Part shown: piece after piece, positions 1 through 13,410 of the stretch | Numbering within the stretch: position 1 is the stretch's first letter | Layout: each line of letters opens with the position of its first letter | Made by a program: the position numbers and the translations under genes | Notes under the pieces: generated by a model | Databases searched by the model: none | What the model was told of the DNA's origin: nothing | What the model saw: only the letters and a program-made list of their open reading frames with translations | Origin: Mobula hypostoma | Lineage: Eukaryota | Reading direction: 5' to 3' | Assembly: GCF_963921235.1 (NCBI RefSeq) | Contig: NC_086097.1 | Span: 194,124,001-194,188,000, forward strand | DNA: 64,000 bases

Positions 1-44
1 CTGATATCTGTGAGGGGATGAAATGTAAATGTACCCGGAAGTTG

Positions 45-780
45 AGAGTTTTGTTATGCTAAGCAAAAAATAAATTTGAAAAAATAAAAAAAGATCCACT
101 TTATTCCCACTCTTTGCTTCTTGCCAGTCAGCCAATCTTCTATACAAGCAAGTATTTTTCCTGTAATACCATGGGCTCTTATCTTGTTAAGCAACTTTGT
201 GCGTGGCAACTTGTCAAAGGCCTTCTGAAAATCCAAGGATACCACAGTCACCAATTCTCCTTCATCTATCCTGCTTATTATTTCCTCAAATAACCCCCAA
301 CAGATTTGTCAGACAAAATTTCTCCCATGCTGACTTTGGCCTATTTTATTATGTGTCTCCAAGAACCACAAACCTCATCCTAAATAATGGACTCCAACAT
401 CTTCCCAACCACTGAGGTCAGGTTAACTGGTCTATAATTTTCTTTCTTCTGCCTCCCTCCCTTCTTGGAAAGTGGAGCGATATTTGCAATTTTCCAGAAC
501 AATTCCAGAATGATTCTTGAAAGATCACTACCAATGCCTCCACAATCTTCTCAGCTTCCACTTTCAGATCCCTGGGGTGTAGTGTATTTAGTCCAAATGC
601 CTTATATACCAGCAGAGTTTTCAGCTTCCCAAGCACCTTCTTAGTAATAGCAACTACACTCACTTCTGCCCCCTGACAATCTCACATTTCTGGCATACTG
701 CTAGTTTCCAAGACTGTGAAGACTGATGCAAAATACTTATTAAGTTTGTCCATTAGTTCTTTGTCCCCTATTAGTACCTT
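45..780 (-). mobile_element. CR1 LINE ORF2 fragment
   Basis: ORF pieces [19 protein letters not shown]; frameshifted. Confidence 0.85.
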
Positions 781-2170
781 CGGTTGGTGCTGAATTCCAG
801 GAGGGGGAATTTCTAGAGTGCCCATGAGGTGCCTTTTATAGCAGCTCATGGTTGAGCCCACTAGGGGAGCAGCTGTTCTGGATTGGGTGTTGTGCAATGA
901 ACCAGAATTGATTAAAGAGCTTAAGAACCCTTAGGGGAGTGTGATCATAATATGATCAAATTCACGCTGAAATTAGAGAAGGAGAAGCAAAAATCCAATA
1001 TATCAGTATTGCAATGGAGTAAAGGGAATTACAGAGGTATGAGAGGGGAGTTGGTCAGAATTACTTGGAAAAGAACACTGGCAGGGATGATGGCAGAGCA
1101 GCAATGGCTGGAATTTCTGGAAGCAATTTGGAAGGCACACTATCCCAAAGAGGATTAAGATTTCTAAAGGAAAGATGACACAACCGTGGCTACAAGAGGA
1201 GTCAAAACTAACATAAAAGCCAAAGAGAGGGCGTATAATAGAGCAAAAATTAATGGGAAGTTAGAGGACAGGGAAGCTTTTAAAGACCAACAGAAGGTAA
1301 CTAAAAATGTCATTAAGGTAAAAATGGAATATGAAAGAAAGCTAGCCAATAATATTAAACAGGATACCAAAAATTTCTTCAGATAGATAAGGTGTAAAAG
1401 AGAGGTGAAATTGGATATTGGACTGCTGGAAAATGATGCTGAAGAGGTATAATGGAGGACAATGAAATGGCAGACGAACTGAATAAGTATTTTGTGTCAG
1501 TCTTCACTGTGGAAGGCACTAGCTGTAAGGTGGATGTGCCAGGTGTCAAGGGTTATGAAGTATGTGAAGGTACCATAACTAGAGAGAAGATTCTTGGGAA
1601 ACTGAAAGGTCTGAAGGTAGATAAGTCACCTGGACTATTTGGTGTACACCCCAGGGTTCTGAAAGAGGTGGCTGAAGAGATCATAGAGCCATTACTAATA
1701 ATCTTTCAAAAATCATTAGATTCTGGAATGGTTCTGGAAGACTGGGAAATCGCAAATATCACTCCACTCTTCAAGAAGGGAGAAGCAGAACAGAGGAAAC
1801 TATAGGCCAGTGATTGGGAAGATGTTGGAGTCATTTGTTAAGGATGAGGTCTCAGGGAACTTGGAGGCACATGATAAAATAGGCCACAGTCAGCATGGTT
1901 TCCTCTAGGGAGGATCTTGTCTGACAAATCTGTTGGAATTCTTTGAGGAAATAACAACCAAGATAGAAACTACAGAATCAGCTGATGGTGTGTACTTGGA
2001 TTTTCAGAAGGCCTTTGACAAGGTGCCACACATCAGGCTGCTTAACAAGCTACAAGCCCATGGTATGACAGGAAAGATTCTAGCATGGATAAAGCAGTGA
2101 CTGATTGGCAGGAAGGAAAGAGTGGGAATAAAGGGAACCTTTTCTGGTTGGCTGCTGGTGACTCGTGGTG
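781..2170 (+). mobile_element. CR1 LINE ORF2 fragment (continues at ~6150)
   Basis: DELNKYFVSVFT, KSPG..GVHPRVLKE, DWEIANITPLFKKG; broken by stops. Confidence 0.88.
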
Positions 2171-2235
2171 AACTTCCTTTGACCCCTCACCGGTTTCAGC
2201 ACATCCTTTCTAAGATAAGGGGCCAATTCGTCTCA

Positions 2236-5200
2236 ACATAGAACAGTACAGCATAGTACAGGCCCTTTGGCCCACAATGTTGTGCCAACCCTTAAACACT
2301 GCTTCCCATATAACCCCCCACCTTTAATTCCTCCATATACCTGTCTAGTAGTCTCTTAAACTTCACAAGCGTATCTGCCTCCACCACTGACTCAGGCAGT
2401 GCATTCCACGCACCAACCACTCTCCGAGTAAAAAACCTTCCTCTAATATCCCCCTTGAACTTCCCACCCCTTACCTTAAAGCCGTGTCCTCTTGTATTGA
2501 GCAGTGGTGCCCTGGGGAAGAGGCGCTGGCTATCCACTCTATCTATTCCCCTTATTATCTGTACACCTCCATCATGTCTCCTCTCATCATCCTTCTCTCC
2601 AGACAGTAAAGCCCTAGCTCCCTTAATCTCTGATCATAATGCATACTCTCTAAACCAGGCAGCATCCTGGTAAATCTCCTCTGTACCCTTTCCAATGCTT
2701 CCACATCCTTCCTATTGTGAGGCGACCAGAACTGGACACAGTACTCCAAGTGTGGCCTAACCAGAGTTTTATAGAGCTGCATCATTACCCCACGACTCTT
2801 AAACTCTCTCCCTCGACTTATGAAAGCTAACACTCCATAAGCTTTCTTAACTACCCTATCTACCTGTGAAGCAACTTTCAGGGATCTGTGGACATGTACA
2901 CCCAGATGTACACATTTCCAAGTATCCTGTCATTTCCAAGTATCCTGCCACACTTTCAAGTATCCTGCCATTTACTTTGTACTCTGCCTTGGAGTTTGTC
3001 CTTCCAAAGTGTACCACCTCACACTTCTCCGGGTTGAACACCATCTGCCGCTTCTCAGCCCACTTCTGCATCTTATCAATCTCTCTGCAATCTGCGACAA
3101 TCCTCTACACTATCCACAACACCACCAACTTTTGTGTCATCTGCAAACTTGCCAACCCACCCTTCTACCCCCACATCCAGGTCGTTAATAAAAATCACGA
3201 AAAGTAGAGGTCCCAGAACAGATCCTTGTGGAACACCACTAGTCACAATCCTCCAATCTGAATGTACTCCCTCCACCACGACACTCTGCTTTCTGCAGGC
3301 AAGCCAATTCTGAATCCACCTGGCCAAACTTCTCTGGATCCCATGCCTTCTGACTTTCTGAATAAGCCTACCATGTGGAACCTTGTCAAATGCCTTACTA
3401 AAATCCATATAGATCACATCCACTGCACTACCCTCATCTATATGCTTGGTCACCTCCTCAAAGAACTCTATCAGGCTTGTTAGACACGATCTGCCCTTCA
3501 CAAAGCCATGCTGACTGTCCCTGATCAGACCATGATTCTCTAAATGCCCATAGATCCAATCTCTAAGAATCTTTTCCAACAGCTTTCCCAACACAGACGT
3601 AAGGCTCACTGGTCTATAATTACCCAGACTATCCCTACTACCTGTTTTGAACAAGGGGACAACATTCCCCTCCCTCCAATCCTCCGGTAGCATTCCCATA
3701 GACAACAGGACGTAAAGATCCTAGCCAGAGGCTCAGCAAACTCTTCCCTCGCCTCGTGGAGCAGCCTGGGGAATATTCCATCAGGCCCTGGGGACTTATC
3801 CGTCCTAATGTATTTTAACAACTCCAACACCTCCTCTCCCTTAATATCAACATGCTCCAGAACATCAACCTCACTCATATTGTACTCATCGTCATCAAGC
3901 TCCCTCTCATTGGTGAATACCAAAGAGAAGTATTCATTGAGGACCTCAATCACTTCCACTGCCTCCAGGCACATCTTCCCACCTTTATCTCTAATCTGTC
4001 CTATCTTCACTCCTGTCATCCTTTCATTCTTCACATAATTGAAGAATGCCTTGGGGTTTTCCTTTACCCTATTTGCCAAGGCCTTCTCATGCCCCCTTCT
4101 TGCTCTCCTCAGCCCCTTCTTAAGCTCCTTTCTTGCTACCCTATATTCCTCAATAGACCCATCTGATCTTTGCTTCCTAAACCTCATGTATGCTGCCTTC
4201 TTCCACCTGACTAAATTCTCCACCTCACTTGTCACCCATGGTTCCTTCACCCTACCATTCTTTATCTTCCTCACCGGGACAAATTTATCCCTCACATCCT
4301 GAAAGAGATCTCTAAACATCGACCACATGTCCATAGTAAATTTCCCTGCAAAAACATCATCCCAATTCACACCCACAAGTTCTAGCCTTATAGCCTCATA
4401 ATTTGCCTTTCCCCAATTAAAAATTTTCCTGTCCTCTCTGATTTTATCCTTTTCCATGATAATGCTGAAGGCCAGGGAGTGGTGGTCACTGTCCCCCAGA
4501 TGCTCACCCACTGGGAGATCTGTGACCTGACCCGGTTCGTTACCTAATACTAGATCTAGTATGGCAATCCCCCTAATCGGCCTGTCCACATACTGTGACA
4601 GGAATCCATCCTGGACACACTTAACAAACTCTACCCCATTTAAACCCTTGGAACTAATCAGGTGCCAATCAATCTTAGGGAAGTTAAAGTCACCCATGAT
4701 AACAACCCTGTTATTTTTGTACCTTTCCAAAATCTGCCTCTCAATTTGCTCCTCGGTATCTCTGCTGTTACCAGGAGGCCTATAGAATACCCCCAATAGA
4801 GTAATTGCTCCCTTCCTGTTCCTGACTTCTACCCATACTGACTCAAAATAGCATCCTGCTACATTACCCACCCTTTCTGTAGCTGTAATAGTATCCCTGA
4901 CCAGTAATGCCACCCCTCCTCACCTTTCTTCCCCCCCTCCTTTCAAAATACTGAAATCCAAGAATATTGAGAATCCATTCCTGCCCTGGTGCCAGCCAAG
5001 TCTCTGTAATGGCCACTACATCATAATTCCATGTATGTATCCAAGCTCTCAGTTCATCACCTCTGTTCCTGATGCTTCTTGCATTGAAGTACACACACTT
5101 TAGCCCTTCTAACTTGCTACTTTTACACCATTTATTCTGCTTCTCTTTCCTCAAAGCCTCTTTATACGTTAGATCTGGCTTTACTCCATGTACTATACAT

Positions 5201-6150
5201 GCAGTACTCTCATAACCTTTATCCTCCTCCACCTCACTATCTGCTCTAACATTCTGGTTCCCCTCCCCCTGCAAATCTAGTTTAAACCCCCCAGAGCAGC
5301 ACTAGCAAACTTTCCTGCAAGAATGTTAGTCCCCCTCCTGGTAAGGTGCAACCCGTCCCGTCGGAACAGGTCCCACCTTCCCTGGAACAAGGCCCATTTG
5401 TCCAGAAACATGAAGCCCTCCCTCCTGCACCAACTCCTTAGCCACGTATTTAGCTGCATTACCTTCCTACTTCTAGCCTCACTAGCACATGGCATGGGTA
5501 GCAGTCCTGAGATTGCAACCCTGGAGGTCCTGTCCTTCAACTTTGCATCTAACTGCCTAAATTCTCTTTGTAGGACTTCCTCCTTCTTCCTATCCATGTC
5601 ATTGGTCCCTACATGGACCACAACATCTGGCGGCTCACCCTCCCTCTTGAGAATACCGAGAACTCCATCCGAGATATCGCGGACCCTGGCACCAGGGAGG
5701 CAACAGACCATCCGGGATTCTCGATCTCTTCCACAGAACCTCTTATCTGTCCCCCTAACTATCAAATCCCCTTTCACTACTGCTCTCCTTCTTTCCCTCC
5801 TTTCCTTCTGAGCTGAGGGTCCAGTTTCGGTACCAGAGACGCAACCACTGCAACTTGTCCCTGGTAGGTCGTCCCCACCAACAGTATCCAAAATGGTATA
5901 CTTATTATTGATGGGAACGGCCACAGGGGTGCTCTGCTCATTCTGTCTATTCCCCTTCCCTCTCCTGACAGTCACCCAGCTACCTGTCTTCTGACTTTTA
6001 GGGGTGATTATCTCCCTGTAACTCCTGTTTATTTCTGCCTCACGAATGATGCGAAGTTCATCCAGCTCTAGCTCCAGTTCCCTAACTCGGTTTGTCAGGA
6101 GCTGCAGCTGGATGCACCTTTTACAGGTGTAGTCATCAGGGACAATTGTG
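2236..6150 (-). mobile_element. Near full-length CR1 LINE (ORF1 SGNH esterase + ORF2 APE endonuclease/RT), inactivated
   Basis: ORF1 with VVHVGTND and RDGLHL motifs; ORF2 with [37 protein letters not shown]; several frameshifts; 3' tail near 2236. Confidence 0.93.
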
Positions 6151-7025
6151 ATTTGCAAAGTTTGCAGACAATATGAAGAAATGTAGGTAGAGGAGCAAGT
6201 GGTTGAGGAAGTAGAGAGGCTATGGAAGGACAGATTAGGAGAATGGGTAAGGAAATGGCAGATGGAATACAGTGTCGGGAAGTGTATGGTCATGCACTTT
6301 GATAGAAGAAATGAAAAGGTTGACTATTTTCTAAATGGAAAGAAAATACAGAATTCTGCGGCACAAAGGGATTTTGGAGTCCTTATGCAGGATTCCCTAA
6401 AGGGTTTGCAGGTTGAGTCTGTGGTGAGAAAGGCAAATGCAATGTTAGCGTTCATTTCAGGAGGACTAGGACATAAAAACAAGCACATAATGTTGAAACT
6501 TTATAAAGTACTGGTGAGGCCTCACTTGGAGTATTGTGAACAGATTTGGGCCCCTTATTTTAGAAAGCATGTGCTGAAACCAAAGTGGGTTTGAAGGAAG
6601 TTCACTAAAATGATTCAAGGATGAAATGGCTTGTTATATGAAGAGCATTTGATAACTCTGGGCCTGTATTCACTAGAATTCATGAGAATGAGGGGTGACC
6701 TCATTAAAACCTATCGAATAATGAAAGGCCTTGAAAGAGTGGATAGGGAGAGGATGTTTCCTTTGGTGAGAGAGCCTAAGATCAGAAGGCACAGCCTCAG
6801 AACAGAGGGGTGTCCTTTTAGAATGGAGGTGAAGAGAAATTTCTTTAGCCAGAGTATGGTGAATCTGTGGAATTCTTTGCCAGAGGCAGATAGATTCTTG
6901 ACTGGTCAAGGCATGGAGGGATTTGGGGGAAGCAGGAGACTGAGATGAAAATTGGAACAGCCATGACGAAATGGTGGAGCAGACTGAATGGGCCAAATGG
7001 CCGAATTCTGCTCCATTATCTTATG
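6150..7025 (+). mobile_element. CR1 LINE 3' portion
   Basis: VRPHLEYC..W motif and CR1 3' UTR (gggccaaatggccgaattctgctcc). Confidence 0.88.
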
Positions 7026-7240
7026 AAGAAGAAAGCCCATAACTCCGATTGGAGTCATCGGGACGCCATCATGACGGCATTTTCTTTTTTTAGCAGGTTT
7101 TCTTATTTTTACGAGGCCGAGTTGCTAGCTCGACGCTCAACCCCGCACAGATGGAAAGCGTGCAAGGGAGCCAGCTGGATACAAACTCGGGAGCCTTCGC
7201 TCCAAAGTCCGGTGCTGATGCCATTACGCCACCAGCCGGC
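7026..7240 (-). mobile_element. tRNA-derived SINE inserted in a CR1 3' tail
   Basis: Minus-strand head GCCGGCTGGTGGCGTAATGG (A box) and GAGTTTGTATCC (B-box-like); (CTT)n tail; TSD TCCATTATCTTATG at 7012-7025 and 7241-7254. Confidence 0.85.
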
Positions 7241-7647
7241 TCCATTATCTTATGGTCTAATATATTAACTTTTCTATCCTTGTGGCTTTTTTAGCTACTT
7301 TCTGTAGGATTTTTAGAAGCTTCCCAATCCTCTAACTTCCCACCGTTTTTCGCCAGATTATATGCCCTGTCTTTGGTTTTCGTGCTGTCTTTGACTTCAC
7401 TCGTCAAGTACAGTTATGTCATCCTCGCCTTTAGAATACTACATCTGACAGGTGATTATGAATCAAACCCCATGCCAACTGTAGTAAAACGGACAGCTCT
7501 GGTGTACAACAATTTGGTTTGATACATTACGATCTCAGAACTTGAGGAAGGTTTTAAAGTGTAATTTCCAAAAGGTTTATTGATGATTTCACAAAGGATT
7601 TCCTAATATTGCACGATTTAATAATCAGGTATAAATTATGATCTTAC

Positions 7648-7814
7648 TGAGATTCCTCTTTCGGGGATCAGAAGATGGCAGAGGAGAAACTGCAGTACGT
7701 GTTGACAGACCATGCTTGCAATCTTCACCCTTAAACCCAGGGCAACACCTCCACGCCAGCTGAGTCACCACCTTGTATGAAATTTTATACGTAGGACGGA
7801 AATGAGTTCGATAT
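7648..7814 (-). CDS. EMILIN2: EMILIN-family gene, coding exon 3: C-terminal half of EMI domain
   Basis: Acceptor ttttcccaattag|A and donor A|gtaaga; 167 nt; YRTHFRPTYKISYKVVTQLAWRCCPGFKGEDCKHGLSTRTAVSPLPSSDPRKRNL contains the EMI signature WRCCPGF.G.DC; in phase with exon 2. Confidence 0.93.
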
Positions 7815-8093
7815 CTAATTGGGAAAATAGATGGAGAAAATTGCATGAAACGTGCATATTATCTATTTAAATTCTCTATTCTGTTGTACTGAAAAAGCAC
7901 CAAGTTTTGCAGGATAATATCTAGAATTAAAACTTCTCTCTCCTTACCTAAGCGTATAATGTACATAGAGGAGATCTCTGGAGATACCTCAGGTAGGTCA
8001 TCAAACTAAATTATCAACTCTGTTTCACACACCACAAATGCCACATGACTCAGATTTGCCTAGCATTTTTGTTTTGCTTCCCTTATTCCAGAC

Positions 8094-8761
8094 TGTGTTG
8101 CCCTTAAGGCATTTATTTAACTTTGTTGGGTCTACGTTTTAAATGATTTGTTTGTAACTATTTTCTAGTTAACGTTAAAGCTTTATAATTAAGTTACAGT
8201 ATAACAAAGGTAAATTCATTGTCTCTGGTATATCGCAGCATGTGATGACGTCACCTCCGGTTTCACTGCATCTTATGTGTAACCTCCAGTTTGGAGAAGG
8301 TGTGAAGGTGGGTGCCATGCGTGCAGCATGATCGTGAAGAGCTCCGTTTCTACCCACAAAGAAACATTATAGAAGCAACGCCGTAATTTCATAAGAATGT
8401 ATTTGAAGTGAAAATATTAACGCGGTTTCTGTTAAGGAAGCGGTGGTTGGGGTGCCACACGTGCCGGCTTTCAATTTCAAACGCGGGGTCAGCTCGAGCC
8501 TGATGGCAGTTTGACGCGACCCCCTCGCCCACTACTCAGGGCGGTGGAAGACACTTGCGAAAAGAAGAGAGCGTACATGGTCTCCAGAATGAAGCAGACG
8601 CTGTATACCATTGTATTTTTTTATCAACAGTTTTCACCGTACGATGTTAATGTGGAAGAGTGCACAGTAAATGGTTAATCTTACTACGACTCTGTCTTCA
8701 TTGGCTCCGGTTTAACTTAGTGTTTAGTCAGAGTTTCAACACACTGTACGAGAACACTACA
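8094..8761. mobile_element. Solo LTR of an LTR retrotransposon in EMILIN intron 2
   Basis: TGT...ACA termini and perfect 5-bp TSD CAGAC (8089-8093, 8762-8766); CpG-rich. Confidence 0.8.
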
Positions 8762-10325
8762 CAGACAATATTTTACATTAATTATGGAATTTATTTCACA
8801 GTTCCAGTATCCTTCCAACTGTGTGCAATAAATTAATGGCCTCGCCAAAGTACCTTAAAATTTGACATAACTTTAATCCTGAATGATCAATGAGTCACGT
8901 GTAAAACATAAAGTATTTTCCTTTGATACGGCCACTCCAAACACTTCAGGACCAGCAACCATTCTCCTTTGTTCTGCTATTTTAACCATATCCTTTGCTT
9001 TTTCCTTTCCTAGAATGTACCACTTCATATTTCATATTATGATCACACTATAGCTTCATAAGGAGCAAGGGTGCAGATTATATTAATATATGAAATCCCA
9101 AATTAAACAAGTACATGGGTATTCTTTGAATGGCTGGACTGATTTGTATATTTGGATGCGAGGTTTTTCCATCATAGTGATCTGTCCATAAATCAAGGCT
9201 AAATGAGGTCAAACAATAGCTAAACATAAAGAACTATGGAATACAAGAGTAAAAGAACTTCACTTGGAACAGTTGGGCATTGTTAACAGAAAACAGTAAC
9301 TATTACTGGTTCGTGTAGAGAAGTATCTGGAAAAGCTAGCCTGTGAGTGCACAGTCGGCTCACCACAGATCACAGCCTCAGTGCCCAAGTCCGACTGTGG
9401 AAGCAGTCCACAAGGCCATTCACACATGTTGGCATTCACCATAGTGAGAAAGCTATAGACAGTTTTCTGGGATCGGTAAACATACATTCAAAATGAATTC
9501 AGGTAAACGTTGACCAGCACTGAATGCACTACTGCAAAATTCAATTTTTACCACATGAGGTATTCACAGGGAGACTATCAGATAACAGTTTGCAATTCTG
9601 CCATTTCAATTTTAACTGTTGGTAAGAGGGAAGCGATCAAGCCTTATTTCAGAATCATCACCTAACCTTGAACTGGAGAAACTGAAAGATCAGCAAGTAC
9701 AATGAAAAAGGCACTAATGCAGAAGCTGTGCAGGTCAGATCAGGCCAGTCTGAGAAGTATAGAGTCTGTTTTCCTTCTGAGTTACGTATCAATGCTGCAT
9801 TCCTCTCCAGGGTACATTACTTCAGATGCACCAAAGACACAGGGCACAACCAAGTCTGCAAAGGAAGGTAAAACCAGGGCAGGTGGGACAAAGCAAAAAT
9901 CACTGCACGTGGAATAAAAACAATAAGGGGAGCAGACGGAATGATAGGTTTTTTGCACTAAGAGCACCAGATGGATTGGAGATGAGAAAAAGCAATATTA
10001 CAGAGATTGTGCAGGTGAATAGATCCCAGAGTTATCTAGATAAAGTAGAAGAGGTATTCAGAAAGGTTCACATGGACCATTTCATCTCAATAAGATACAC
10101 TAAAGACTGAAGAGAGGAAAGTTGTCAGTGAGTCCTACAACGGAAAAATTGACAGAACATGAAATAAGTGATTCCTTCATTAAGTCTAGAGATGAAGCTA
10201 CACCAACATCAGAATCTCAGAATCAGATTTAATATCACCGCCATACATCATTAAATTTGTCCTTTCGCGCCAGTACATTACAACACAATAATAAAAACTG
10301 TAAATTACAAATATATTTTAAAAAA

Positions 10326-10629
10326 TGGCGCATGGCCAAGTGGTTAGGGCATTGGGCTCACGATCTGAAGGTCATGGGTTCGAGTCTCACCCAAGGCAGC
10401 GTATTGTGTCTTTGAGCAGGGCACTTAACCCCACACTGCTCCAGATCACGCAGCTGAAAATGGGTACCGGCAAATGCTGGGGGCTAACCTCACGATAGAC
10501 TGGCGTCCTATCGGGGGGGGGGGGGGCGGGGAGTCTTGTACTCTCAGTCACTTCACGCCACAGAAACCGGCATAAGCACGGGCCTGATGGGCCACAAGGC
10601 TTGGGACAGACTTTAACTTAACTAACTTA
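10326..10629 (+). mobile_element. tRNA-derived SINE with CORE-like central motif
   Basis: A box TGGCCAAGTGG (10333-10343); B box GGTTCGAGTC (~10377-10386); motif GTGTCTTTGAGCAGGGCACTTAACC; (AACTT)n tail. Confidence 0.85.
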
Positions 10630-11021
10630 TATATAAAAAATAAATTAAGTATTGCAAAAGAGAGGGGAAAATACTGAGGAAGTATTCATGGGTTCATTGT
10701 CCATTCAGAAATCTGATGGTGGAGGGGAAGAAGCTGTTCCTGAAACATTGAGTGTGTGTCATCAGGTTCTTGTTCCTCCTGCGTGATGGTAGCAATGAGA
10801 GGAGGGCATGTCCTGGGTGATGGGGGTCCTTAATGATGGAAGCTGCCTCTTTGAGGCATCACCTTTTGAAGGTGTCCTGGTTGCTGGGAAGGCTAGTGCC
10901 AATGAAGGAACTGGCTGAGGTTACAACCTTGTGCGGCATTTTCCAATCCTGCGCAATGGCCCCTCCATACTAGATGGTGATGGAGCCAGTTAGAATGCTC
11001 TCCAGATTACATCTGTAGAAA

Positions 11022-11590
11022 ACACCTACACTCCGTCTACCAGAGAAAGCAGGATCTCCCAGTGGCCACACGTTTTAATTCCACGTCCTCCTCTACTGTC
11101 AAGATGAAGCCACACTCAGGAACAACACCTTATATTCCATCTGGGTAGCCTCCAACCTAATGGCATGAACATTGATTTCTCTAACTTCTGTTAATGCCCC
11201 ACCTCCCCTTCGTACACCATCCTTTATTTCTCTCTCTCTCTCTCTCCCCCTCCGCCCCCAACTTTTTTCTCCCTCTGTCCCTCTCACTATACTCCTTGCC
11301 CATCCTCTGGGCTTCCCTCCTCCCCCTTTCTTTCTCCCTGGGCTCCCATCCCATGATCCTCTCATATCCCTTTTGCCAATCAACTTTCCAGCTCTTAGCT
11401 CCATCCCTCCCCCTCCTGTCTTCTTCTATCTACTCCTATCATTTCAGATCTCCCCCTCCCCCTCTCAAATCTCTTACTATCTCTTCTTTCAGTTAGTCCT
11501 GACGAAGGGTCTCAGCCCGAAACATCGACTGTACCTCTTCCTATAGATGCTGCCCGGCCTGCTGCGTTCACCAGCAATTTTTATCTGTGT
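11022..11590 (+). mobile_element. Penelope-like element 3' fragment/pLTR with hammerhead motif
   Basis: GIY-YIG C-terminal remnant homologous to 27560-28160; flanked by TGTAGAAA (11014-11021, 11591-11598). Confidence 0.85.
11495..11530 (+). ncRNA. Minimal type I hammerhead ribozyme motif (GUC>AUC variant)
   Basis: AGTC-CTGACGA-AGGGTCTCAGCCC-GAAAC-ATC-GACT. Confidence 0.6.
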
Positions 11591-12301
11591 TGTAGAAATT
11601 CATTAGTGTCTTTCGTGACATAGCAAGTTTCCTCAAACTCTGAATGAAATATAGCCACTGTTGTGGCTTCTTTGCAACTGCATAAACATTTTGGACTCAG
11701 GATAGATCCTCAGAGATGTTGACACCCAGGAACTTGAAACCGCTCACCTTTCCACTTCTCATGCTTTGATGAGGACTGGTATGTGTTCCCTCAACTTACC
11801 CTTCCTGAAGCACACAATCAATTCCTTGGTCTTACATCTGGTGAGTAGGCAGGGTCAAATGATGCCGTGATTGAAGAGAATCTAAATCTCACTACTTAAA
11901 CTTGTACATTTCTAGATTAAAACTAGTTAAACTAGTCTCTTAAAGGGGAGAAGTCATAAATTAATAGAAAGACATTATCATGCTCATTTGTATTATGTAT
12001 TAGTGTTCATATGCGCAGTCTAAGAACCTCAAATGAACCAGAATCATGTAGCTCAGTGGTTCTCAACATGAGTTATAATGGTTCCCCACAGGGCCATGCT
12101 GGATATCCCAGGGGCCACAGGTAAATAAGCAAGAAACTGGGAGCTACATGAGCTTCTGAATGGGCCATGTTAAGATTACTGTTTTAATGAAATATTACTA
12201 AAATATATAAAGAAAAAATTAATGAATATTGCAATTTAACTGGAACCCTGAATGAAACGAATGAGAAAATATGCTACATGATGCAAATGAGACAGCAAAA
12301 C

Positions 12302-12304
<3 letters not shown>

Positions 12305-12338
<34 letters not shown>

Positions 12339-12351
12339 GGGGGGGGGGGGG
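12305..12351. repeat. (TG)n microsatellite followed by poly-G
   Basis: Directly visible. Confidence 0.95.
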
Positions 12352-12984
12352 CAGTGCGGCACATCAATGTTATCTCCGCTCCGTCTTGTCCATGCATAAA
12401 TCACCATCACCATTCACACCCTGCAGGACAGCCGGCTGAGCCTCACTACACATCCATCCACAAATCACAAACTGCAGATGGGGCGGGGCTGCCTGCAGCA
12501 AGGCCAGTCAGAGAGTAGGCAGGAGGACGCTGGGTCTGTTTGCCCCTCACTGACCCGTGCATATTATAATACTTATAAAACATGTCATGAAGGCTGTAGG
12601 TATGGCAATGGGGTCATCGGCCAGAAATGGCTAAAATGCAGATAGGCAAGTATCTGTTAAGTCTACCACTGCATATCTAACACTGCAACACCCATTAAAT
12701 CCCTAATCTTATCATATTTTGAAAAGAAGTTCAATTCACTTTCCTTGGTGAGTGCGCACACTTTATTGCTACTCAGAATACACACATACAACATCTTAAA
12801 AACAGTTACCTAAAAATAAAATTATTTTAAAAATTACTTTGGCTTCAAAAGCCCAAAGTAACAATACAAGTATTTTTTCATTGCTAATTGGAAGAATATT
12901 TTATATATTATAAAGTAACCTATTCAGAGATTTGAAATAGTTTTATTTTATTTTTCATATACACCTGTAACATTATATTTAACC

Positions 12985-13410
12985 ATAAGCCATAACCATA
13001 AGATACAGGAGCAGAATTAAGCTAGTTGGCCCATCTCATCATGGTTGATCCATTTTTCCCTCTCAGCCTCAACCTCCTGCCTTCCCCCAGTATCCCTTCA
13101 TACCCTGACCAATGAAGCATCTATCAACCTCTAACTTAAATATACCCAGTGACTTGGCCCCCACAGCTGCCTGTGGCAACAAATTCCAGATTCACCACTC
13201 TCTGATTAAAAAAATTCCTGTGCACCTCCATCCTAAATGGGCGCCCTTCTATTCTGAGGCTGTGTCCTCTAGTCTTAGACTCTCGCTCCATAGGAAACAT
13301 CCTCTGCACATCCACTCTATGAAGGCCTTTCACCATTCGATAGGTTTCAATTCAGTCACCCTTCATTCTGCTGAATTCTAGTGAATACAGGCCCAGAACC
13401 ATCAACATAT
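12985..13410 (-). mobile_element. CR1 3' end
   Basis: TRGHSLRIEG..FFNQRVVNL; ccataag-type tail. Confidence 0.85.

Larger units (their letters stand above)
10210..11835 (-). mobile_element. Rex1/Babar-type LINE 3' fragment, hosting a SINE and a Penelope fragment
   Basis: Tail agaatcagatttaatatcaccg and RT 3' sequence (cccaggaacttgaa, aattccttggtctt) shared with other Rex-like copies in the window. Confidence 0.7.

Noticed and set aside
1..7647. Further EMILIN exons (coiled-coil, gC1q)
   Set aside because: The region is almost all CR1 and SINE sequence; downstream exons must lie outside the window.
10326..10400. tRNA gene
   Set aside because: A/B boxes continue into a SINE body and tail; no proper acceptor stem or terminator.
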